38,810 nucleotides of DNA from a virus, in IMG/VR virus record IMGVR_UViG_3300020707_000002; one strand, 5' to 3'. The notes under the pieces are model-generated. The model made no database searches. It had not been told where the DNA came from and saw only the letters and a program-made list of their open reading frames with translations. The first letter of the stretch is position 1. Each line of letters starts with the position of its first letter. The translations under genes and the position numbers were made by a program. This document shows positions 6,577 to 12,884 of the stretch, piece after piece.

Positions 6577-7176
6577 ATGAAAAAAGTATTACTGGCACTA
6601 GCATCGGTTTGTTTATTCGCCACCCCGGCTATGGCAGACTCTCCGTATGTTAGTGTTTCATCTGGCGTAGGGTTACCGAGCAATTCAAGCGTGTCCGCTT
6701 ACGGAGTCACAGTCGATGATGCAATCACATACAAGGCTGGCGTTCCGGTCATTGGCGCAATCGGCCTCAAGGGTGATGGGTACAGGGTTGAAGCGGCTAT
6801 TGGTTATCAGTCCAGTGATGTTGATAAAGCTAACTACGGCTCGGTTCATGTTCCGATATCTGGAGTAAGCGTCTCAATGACCTCTTATATGGCTAACTGT
6901 TACTATGATCTTGGCGGGAAAAACTCAGGTGTGACTCCATACTTCACAGCCGGGCTTGGTGCGGCAAGCCTTAGTTCTGAATATGCCGGGTATTCTTCAG
7001 GAAAAACCGTGTTTGCTTGGCAAGCTGGTGCTGGTGTAGGTTTAAAGGCTTCGGATAATGTAACCCTCGATCTTGGATACCGTTACTTTAAACCTTCGAA
7101 AGTCAACATATTAAATGTCGTTGACCTTACTTCTTCAATCAGCAATATTTTGGTTGGAGTAAGGTACAACTTCTGA
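6577..7176 (+). CDS. Outer-membrane beta-barrel protein (OmpX/Ail/Lom-like small barrel; moron)
   Basis: Signal peptide MKKVLLALASVCLFATPAMA followed by D. Alternating hydrophobic beta-strand pattern with Gly/aromatic girdle residues. The C-terminus GVRYNF ends in Phe, typical of OM barrels. Confidence 0.8.
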   Translation: MKKVLLALASVCLFATPAMADSPYVSVSSGVGLPSNSSVSAYGVTVDDAITYKAGVPVIGAIGLKGDGYRVEAAIGYQSSDVDKANYGSVHVPISGVSVSMTSYMANCYYDLGGKNSGVTPYFTAGLGAASLSSEYAGYSSGKTVFAWQAGAGVGLKASDNVTLDLGYRYFKPSKVNILNVVDLTSSISNILVGVRYNF

Positions 7177-7192
7177 CCTTTTCCGCAGACCA

Positions 7193-7225
7193 GGCCCCGT
7201 TGAGAGACGGGGCCCTGTATTTATA
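7193..7225 (+). terminator. Rho-independent terminator-like hairpin
   Basis: 8-bp GC-rich stem ggccccgt / acggggcc (7193..7200 and 7207..7214), loop tgagag, then ctgtattta. Confidence 0.55.
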
Positions 7226-7251
7226 GGCTTATCAACTTAAATGGGGGGAGC

Positions 7252-8484
7252 ATGGCGGTACTTACTTTTAACCAGGCAGCGAAGATGCAGCTGGCCTCAG
7301 TCTGGTATGGTAATGTTTCAAGTTATGACAGTTCGCATATTACGATCACTGATTATAATGGCGATACTGGGACTTATTACGGGTCATTTAATTATAACGA
7401 AACAGGGCTGTCTGGAGGTGCTGTAACAGGATATGACAGCTATAGTCATTATGCCATCGATTATACTGTCAGAGATGTTAGTTTGGATGCTATGACAGTA
7501 AACCGCTTCCTAAACACTGGAAATGCAATAGGACTCCAGCAGTACGCATTATCCGGTAATGACATTATCACTGGAACTTCAGGAAATGATGTTCTGCTTG
7601 GATGGGGAGGTAATGACGTGTTCTATGGAAACGGTGGGAATGATACCATTGATGGTGGGGAGGGATTTAATACGATTGTTCTTCCCGGGAAAGAGGCATT
7701 TTATACCATCACTCCAAATAGTACAGGGTTCGTTATCAAGAGCTTTGTTAATGTTGATGGGACATTTCCTGTCACTTTGTACCAATGGGCTCCGATTACC
7801 CCAAATAATCCTTCGGGGCAATCAACATTCACCTGGTCAACGTTAACGGACAGCAACTACACTGGAGGCGGTGGATGGTCAACATACGTTCAGAGCAATC
7901 CAGGGACTCCCGGGCTTCAGTTATGGGAGGCAATAAAGAATGTCCCTTCAAATACCAACGATGCGACAACCGTTCTTGATTGGACATCAGGATATTATCT
8001 ATCTATTGCTGGATCGAATAGTGCAACCGGCATCTCTATTACCGAGACTAATATTCAGCAGGTTAAATTTTCAAACCATACCCTCACCATTGATTCTACT
8101 CCAAATGTAAATCTTTTGGAATCCTATAGAATCTATAAAGCAGCTTTTGATCGTGCACCAGATTATGGAGGGTTAGGGTTTTGGTATAATGCAATGAGTC
8201 ATGGTGGTGCATCTTTAAGCGATGTGGCAGGGGAGTTTATCAAAAGCACTGAGTTTAAGGCGATGTATGGCGATAACTCGACTGATTCAAACTTTCTAAC
8301 TCTTCTTTATCAACATGTGTTAGGTCGTACACCAGATCAGGGGGGATTCGATTTTTGGATAACTGCTTTACACACCGATACACGTGCCAATGTACTTGTA
8401 CAGTTTTCCGAGTCAGGAGAGAATATCGCCAATGTCGCAGGGGTTGTGTCACACGGAATAATTTATGAAGCTTATACCGGGTGA
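7252..8484 (+). CDS. Calcium-binding RTX-repeat / DUF4214 protein carrying a tail-fibre-type repeat module
   Basis: Strong Shine-Dalgarno sequence (ggggggag). GGxGxD-type nonapeptide repeats: GNDIITGTSGNDVLLGWGGNDVFYGNGGNDTIDGGEG. The C-terminal YRIYKAAFDRAPDYGGLGFWYN...LLYQHVLGRTPDQGGFDFW matches the DUF4214 pattern. aa 174-256 resemble the repeats of the 1566-aa fibre. Confidence 0.8.
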   Translation: MAVLTFNQAAKMQLASVWYGNVSSYDSSHITITDYNGDTGTYYGSFNYNETGLSGGAVTGYDSYSHYAIDYTVRDVSLDAMTVNRFLNTGNAIGLQQYALSGNDIITGTSGNDVLLGWGGNDVFYGNGGNDTIDGGEGFNTIVLPGKEAFYTITPNSTGFVIKSFVNVDGTFPVTLYQWAPITPNNPSGQSTFTWSTLTDSNYTGGGGWSTYVQSNPGTPGLQLWEAIKNVPSNTNDATTVLDWTSGYYLSIAGSNSATGISITETNIQQVKFSNHTLTIDSTPNVNLLESYRIYKAAFDRAPDYGGLGFWYNAMSHGGASLSDVAGEFIKSTEFKAMYGDNSTDSNFLTLLYQHVLGRTPDQGGFDFWITALHTDTRANVLVQFSESGENIANVAGVVSHGIIYEAYTG

Positions 8485-8508
8485 TATAAAAAAAAGTAAC
8501 CCAAATGA

Positions 8509-8536
8509 AGCCCCGGCACTCAACCGGGGCTTTTTC
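8509..8536. terminator. Bidirectional terminator between convergent genes
   Basis: Stem gccccgg / ccggggc (8510..8516 and 8524..8530), flanked by an A-run upstream and ttttt downstream. Confidence 0.7.
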
Positions 8537-8543
8537 GTTACAC

Positions 8544-8831
8544 TCATTGCCCCATAATCTTCTTTACCAACTCTTCAGCCATGCGCCCAATTTCCTCGTG
8601 TCTGTATGAACTCTCACTGACAAGTCCATACTCTTGCCTGATAAAGTCAAGCGTTTCTTGACCAAACCTTGAAAGAAGTCTGTCAAAAGGGAGTTGACTT
8701 TCATCTTTTCTCCAATTGGTTACTGATTGCTTTTTAACACCAAATAAGGCCCCAAAAGCCTCATCCGAACTTACTCCAGCTTTTAATCTTAAGCTGTCAA
8801 TGAGTTCATCTTTGCTCATTTTTTTTGCCAT
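8544..8831 (-). CDS. CI-like repressor (small Cro/CI-type HTH protein, no peptidase domain)
   Basis: The only convincing minus-strand gene, and divergent from the early operon. ALFGVKKQSVTNWRK is a typical Cro/CI-type HTH recognition segment. Start chosen at MAKKMSKD (8831); the longer 8930 start would run through the switch promoters. Confidence 0.65.
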   Translation of the reverse strand: MAKKMSKDELIDSLRLKAGVSSDEAFGALFGVKKQSVTNWRKDESQLPFDRLLSRFGQETLDFIRQEYGLVSESSYRHEEIGRMAEELVKKIMGQ

Positions 8832-8846
8832 GACGGTAAATTTTGT

Positions 8847-8875
8847 TTGACTTTTGACAGAAATATCTTTACTAT
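8847..8875 (+). promoter_or_regulatory. Early rightward promoter candidate (TTGACT-N17-TACTAT)
   Basis: Hexamers at 8847..8852 and 8870..8875 with an exact 17-nt spacer, in the divergent intergenic region. An 8-bp palindrome CTGTACAG lies immediately downstream. Confidence 0.55.
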
Positions 8876-8922
8876 AAAGCTGTACAGGAGTTGTGCTGAT
8901 TGATAACAGAATATAAACAGGC

Positions 8923-9171
8923 ATGAGCATAAAAAATTCAAAGGTGTTGCTGAGCAGGGGGACGGCTCGGGAGGTGTATAAACGACTGAAGACAGCAGGG
9001 GAGGTGATTTCCTATATGGGCGTTTATAAACGACTTCTGCGAGAAAGCCACCTCCCAACAATGAAAATCGCTGAAGAGATCGAGAAGAGAAAGGAGAAGG
9101 AGCGAGAGGATTTCGCGAGGACAAAGAAAAGGATCAGAAACGCAGTAACCAAACAGGAGGAGGAAAAATGA
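8923..9171 (+). CDS. Cro-position early protein (basic, K/E-rich C-terminus)
   Basis: First gene of the rightward operon, divergent from the repressor. No clear family. Confidence 0.5.
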   Translation: MSIKNSKVLLSRGTAREVYKRLKTAGEVISYMGVYKRLLRESHLPTMKIAEEIEKRKEKEREDFARTKKRIRNAVTKQEEEK

Positions 9172-9251
9172 GCAGTTGTCCGCAGAAGAGCATCATTGCG
9201 ACACCGGAAGGGAAGCCTTGTTTTATCGAATCAAAGTAAACACTAACAGCT

Positions 9252-9596
9252 ATGGGAGTAATGGAAGATATCCTGAAAGCTCAACTGGAAATGATAAATG
9301 AGGTCAGGGAGCTTAAAGACGAGGTCAGGGAGCTGAAGGGCGCGGTTCCTGTCGAGAACGGCGAAGAGCTGCTTACGGCAAGGGCGTGTGCTGAAGTCAT
9401 GAAGTCAACGCCCAGATGGATCATTGAGCGATGTAAAGAAGGATCACTCCCTTACATGCTTGTTGGTAATGATTACAGGGTAAAGCGCAGGGAGTTGAAC
9501 GCTTTCATGGTGAAACCGGAGATAGCCAGGGCGAGCGCAAAGATGGACGAAATGAGAAAAGCAAGAAGGGCAAAAACAGCAATAGCGGCGGCTTAA
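9252..9596 (+). CDS. Excisionase-family HTH DNA-binding protein with N-terminal coiled-coil
   Basis: LLTARACAEVMKSTPRWIIERCKEGSLPYMLVGNDYRVKRRELNAFM matches the HTH_17/excisionase-family layout. The N-terminus has the repeated EVRELKDEVRELKG. Confidence 0.6.
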   Translation: MGVMEDILKAQLEMINEVRELKDEVRELKGAVPVENGEELLTARACAEVMKSTPRWIIERCKEGSLPYMLVGNDYRVKRRELNAFMVKPEIARASAKMDEMRKARRAKTAIAAA

Positions 9597-9616
9597 ACAA
9601 TCAAAACAGAGGGAAT

Positions 9617-9775
9617 ATGAAAAATCTACTGGTAACTATCGGGAGGATTATCCGGCTAAGATTCGCCGGCATCAAGTGCTATGAGGTTATAGGATTCGAC
9701 AGCGCGGGGCAGATGATAGTGTATGAGACACCGCGTCCGGATTCCTACAGTATCAAAGAGGATGGTGAGGTATGA
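9617..9775 (+). CDS. Small hypothetical protein (52 aa)
   Basis: ATG preceded by agaggg. It fills an otherwise empty gap and shares ATGA-type overlap with the next small ORF. It falls below the ORF-track length cut-off. Confidence 0.35.
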   Translation: MKNLLVTIGRIIRLRFAGIKCYEVIGFDSAGQMIVYETPRPDSYSIKEDGEV

Positions 9776-9942
9776 CGCACTTCGAGTTCATCAGGTCAGT
9801 GGCAGTGCTGGTGATTATGGGTTTGCTTGTCGGCGTTGAATCCCCATCGATAGCGGTTGTTGTCGGGGGACTGATGGCGTTGGCTCTGGTAGTCGCAGAG
9901 GTATGGCTGGTGGCAAAAGCAGAGAGCCCTTCACGGCAATGA
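9772..9942 (+). CDS. Small membrane protein (56 aa, two hydrophobic segments)
   Basis: Translation by hand: MTHFEFIRSVAVLVIMGLLVGVESPSIAVVVGGLMALALVVAEVWLVAKAESPSRQ. It overlaps the stop of the preceding small ORF. Confidence 0.4.
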   Translation: MTHFEFIRSVAVLVIMGLLVGVESPSIAVVVGGLMALALVVAEVWLVAKAESPSRQ

Positions 9943-9985
9943 GAGGCTCTCTGTAAACAATCAAACCAATAACAAATCTACAAAA

Positions 9986-10684
9986 ATGACAACACAAAAC
10001 GAAATTAACCTCTTTGACGATTTAGCCCCTGTAGAGGTTTCCAACCCGCTGAAAGACCTGGTGGCCGCGAAAGGAAAAGCATCCCTGAGCGACCTCATCC
10101 GGCTCTATCAGGAGATTGAAGAAAAGCTCGTTGAGTCTGGGGGCCTTGCTGACTTCGGCGACCAGATGGCTGCGGTTGAAGAAAAGATCGAGACAAAGCT
10201 TGATAACTGCAAGGGGCTGATTGATTACTGGAAAGGGCAGATCAGCTATCTGGAAGAGCGTGAAAAGACATTCAAGGGCCGAAAGACGGGTATTAAAAAC
10301 GGCATCGAGTGGCTACGCAGCACCATGAAATCAGCATTGCTTCTGACCGGCAAGGAGAAGATCAAGACGATCGAAGGGACGTACTTCTTTACAGCGCCGA
10401 AAACGCCGGTCAAGATCGATGCGGAGAAGATAACTGACAAGTACGATGCAGCACTGAGAAAGATCAATCTCCGGACTCATAATGTGGTGATCACCATTCC
10501 ATCAACCATCCCGGACTTCCAGAAGACTATGGAGGAGTATCTCAAGAGTCCGATAAAAGGATCAAAGATGTCAGTAACAGAGCCTGAGTACGATATCAAA
10601 GGCATTGCTGAACGGTGGACGAAAGGAAACCGCAAATGGCCGGCGTGGTTGACTCCTTCAGAAAAGACATTCACTATCCGATAA
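9986..10684 (+). CDS. Siphovirus Gp157-like protein (recombination-module accessory)
   Basis: Coiled-coil N-terminal half (LIRLYQEIEEKL...EEKIETKLDNCKGLIDYWKGQISYLEEREKTFKGRK) and C-terminal KIKTIEGTYFF..PVKIDAEKI pattern as in the Gp157 family. It sits directly upstream of a recombinase gene. Confidence 0.5.
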   Translation: MTTQNEINLFDDLAPVEVSNPLKDLVAAKGKASLSDLIRLYQEIEEKLVESGGLADFGDQMAAVEEKIETKLDNCKGLIDYWKGQISYLEEREKTFKGRKTGIKNGIEWLRSTMKSALLLTGKEKIKTIEGTYFFTAPKTPVKIDAEKITDKYDAALRKINLRTHNVVITIPSTIPDFQKTMEEYLKSPIKGSKMSVTEPEYDIKGIAERWTKGNRKWPAWLTPSEKTFTIR

Positions 10685-10704
10685 CCAATTAATCAACAAT
10701 TACC

Positions 10705-11760
10705 ATGACACAAGAGCTCGCAGTTCGACAAACAGGAAGCCTCACCTCATACGCACTGCCTTTAGATGAGATAAAAGCACAGGTAAACCTGATTCAGCAT
10801 GTTATGCGCGATGTGATGAAAGACGGAGAGCATTACGGCACAATACCAGGGTGCGGAGATAAAAAGGTACTAAAAAAGTCGGGGTCAGAAAAAATAATGA
10901 TGACGTTTCGCCTGTCGAATGACACGGAAATCGAAGTACTCGACATGCCGAACAATCATAGGGAGTATCGAATCAAGTGCACGCTGTTTTCCCCTGATGG
11001 ATTAAGGCTTGGGACTGGCGTCGGGAGTTGCAGTACGATGGAAGGTAAGTACCGGTATCGGGCTGGGACTGGTGACGTTACCTCAGTGCCAGTGCCCAAA
11101 TCATACTGGGACGCTCGTAATAGCGGTGATATGCAAAAAGCATCGAAAGCATTGAAAGACGCTGCTGCATCCGCGGGAATTGACGGGGAAAAGTTTGGTA
11201 CAAAAAAGGGCGACGCGGGATGGATGATTGCGACGATCATCGATAAGGCTGAGCATGATAACCCTGCCGACTACTACAATACTTGCCTCAAAATGGCGAA
11301 AAAGCGGGCTCTTGTTGATGCGACGCTTACAACTACGGCGGCGAGCGACATTTTCACTCAGGACATTGAGGATGATCCTGACCTTTACCGTAAAGGCGGA
11401 TATCAACCAGCTAATGAAGAGACAAAGAAAGAAGAACCTGCACCTGGTCAGGACGACGCCAAGAAAGAGGCGGCTCCAGTAAAGAAAGAGAAAGCGGATA
11501 AAAAGGATGAGCCGCCGCAAAAGACAGTTCAGGAGCTCCGCAGAGAGAATCCATCCCCTGAAGATGTCGAGAAGTTTAAGGCAGCTGCGCAGAAAGCCAA
11601 AAAACTCTTGACAGATAGCGAAAAGACCGGAATGAATAACGAATTCCGCGCTGGGTACACTGCAACAGGGATCCGGCTTGCGATAGATTTCCTTAATGAA
11701 GTCATAGAGAAGCGGCCAGTCCCACAGCCAGCCACCGATGTGGAAGGAGAGGCAGCATGA
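10705..11760 (+). CDS. Single-strand annealing protein / phage recombinase (RecT/ERF/Rad52-like superfamily) with K/E/P-rich C-terminal extension
   Basis: The segment CLKMAKKRALVDATLTTTAASDIFTQDIEDD resembles the conserved helix plus acidic segment of RecT/ERF-type annealases. Context: Gp157-like gene upstream, SSB and nuclease downstream. Confidence 0.5.
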   Translation: MTQELAVRQTGSLTSYALPLDEIKAQVNLIQHVMRDVMKDGEHYGTIPGCGDKKVLKKSGSEKIMMTFRLSNDTEIEVLDMPNNHREYRIKCTLFSPDGLRLGTGVGSCSTMEGKYRYRAGTGDVTSVPVPKSYWDARNSGDMQKASKALKDAAASAGIDGEKFGTKKGDAGWMIATIIDKAEHDNPADYYNTCLKMAKKRALVDATLTTTAASDIFTQDIEDDPDLYRKGGYQPANEETKKEEPAPGQDDAKKEAAPVKKEKADKKDEPPQKTVQELRRENPSPEDVEKFKAAAQKAKKLLTDSEKTGMNNEFRAGYTATGIRLAIDFLNEVIEKRPVPQPATDVEGEAA

Positions 11761-12023
11761 AGGAGATATGGGAGGTAAGGGAGAGTGGGATCAAGGGAAA
11801 CTTGGCGATATCTGTTAAAGGTAGCCCCGCGCTCGCGGGGCGTGTCGCCACTGTTCCGCATTACGAGGGTAGAAAGGGTCGGCAGAGAAAGATAGCTCAT
11901 TTGATATCCGCCGCGCCGGATCTTCTTGAGGCTCTTGAGTGCTTGATCGAGCTTTATCAGGGACCCGCAACGCAAGAGAATATGGCTATAAGAGCTATCG
12001 AAAAAGCGAGAGGTGAAGCATGA
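11757..12023 (+). CDS. Hypothetical protein (88 aa)
   Basis: ATGA overlaps at both ends. No family recognised. Confidence 0.55.
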   Translation: MKEIWEVRESGIKGNLAISVKGSPALAGRVATVPHYEGRKGRQRKIAHLISAAPDLLEALECLIELYQGPATQENMAIRAIEKARGEA

Positions 12024-12643
12024 TAAAGTGGACTGATGAAATGGTCGACGCGCTGCGAGTATCCTATCCGGATTTAAATTCCCATGAGATAGCCAACAAG
12101 CTTGGCGTGTCACGCGGGGCCGTGAATACAAAAGCTTGTGAGCTTGGTATCAGAAAATCCGAGACGTTTGTAAATGCGCAGCGGGAAAGAGTTGTCGCTG
12201 GTGGAGCAAAGTATCGCTTTAAAAAGGGTGATGTGGCATGGAACAAGGGGAAGAAAGGGTACATCACCGTTACTGATGCCATGAGAGCTACGATGTTCAA
12301 GGCTGGCCATAAGCCGCACAATACGACATGCGACGGGCATATATCAGTGACCATTGATGAGCGGGGAGTTAAACAGCTCAGAATAAGAATCAGCGAAAAG
12401 AACCATGAGTATTTGTCCAGGCATAACTACAGGAAAGCATTTGGGGGAATCCCCCATGGTTACTGTATAAAATTTAAGGACGGGAACACACTGAACTGCG
12501 ATCCAGACAATCTCGAGTGCGTATCGCGGACGCTGCTTATGCTGCTCAACTCTAAGCATGGGTATACCCGAGATATCGCCGAAGTAAAAGAAGTCATCTG
12601 TTATATCAAACAAGAAATCAAGGAGCCTACCGGTGAAAAATAA
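12020..12643 (+). CDS. HNH_3-like homing-endonuclease-related DNA-binding protein (catalytic His apparently substituted)
   Basis: N-terminal HTH-like SHEIANKLGVSRGAVNTKACELG. The C-terminal GIPHGYCIKFKDGNTLNCDPDNLECVS aligns with the HNH_3 pattern (iP.G..v.H.dGn..nN...NL), but Phe occupies the first His position. Confidence 0.55.
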   Translation: MIKWTDEMVDALRVSYPDLNSHEIANKLGVSRGAVNTKACELGIRKSETFVNAQRERVVAGGAKYRFKKGDVAWNKGKKGYITVTDAMRATMFKAGHKPHNTTCDGHISVTIDERGVKQLRIRISEKNHEYLSRHNYRKAFGGIPHGYCIKFKDGNTLNCDPDNLECVSRTLLMLLNSKHGYTRDIAEVKEVICYIKQEIKEPTGEK

Positions 12644-12884
12644 AATGATCGACCTGAGAGACCATCTTTTTGAAGTGCTTGAGCGACTCAAAGACCCTGA
12701 ACCGGAAACGCCGATGGATATAGATACAGCCAAAGCCATAATTGGCGTTGCTGATACCATCATTGACTCAGCGCGGGTGGAGAATGACTATTTGAAGCAG
12801 TTGTCGAACCTTTACGCAAATGGGCTAGGATCATCATTACCGAAAAGCAGCCTTTTCCTTTTGGAATCCGATACTAAAAACTAA
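12633..12884 (+). CDS. Hypothetical protein (83 aa)
   Basis: GTG start 7 nt after aaggag. TAATG overlap with the primase gene. Confidence 0.5.
   Translation: MKNKMIDLRDHLFEVLERLKDPEPETPMDIDTAKAIIGVADTIIDSARVENDYLKQLSNLYANGLGSSLPKSSLFLLESDTKN

Noticed and set aside
6221-6653. Track ORFs 6221..6484 (TTG start) and 6459..6653.
   Set aside because: Non-canonical start, no ribosome-binding site and unprotein-like sequence. The second ORF runs out of frame into the well-supported outer-membrane protein gene.
7771-8019. Diversity-generating retroelement idea: a template/variable repeat pair between the moron insert and the fibre repeats.
   Set aside because: No reverse transcriptase gene exists anywhere in the genome. 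DNA identity between the copies is only patchy, and the differences are not restricted to adenine positions.
9174-9190. Partial match TTGTCCGCAGAAG to the late box, and TTTGTCCG at 6507..6514 next to the TATAAT.
   Set aside because: Only 8-10 nt are shared, which is compatible with chance, and the downstream TAnnnT/TTTAAG element is missing at the proper spacing.
11529-12131. 200-aa minus-strand ORF. Other long antisense ORFs fall in the same class: 3671..4153, 16247..16699, 16582..17004, 17044..17502, 20205..20612, 21167..21589, 21862..22293 and 30137..30526.
   Set aside because: Each lies entirely opposite a plus-strand gene with clear family motifs. They have no plausible ribosome-binding sites and their translations are low-complexity (Ser/Arg/Leu/Pro-rich). 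They are shadow ORFs.
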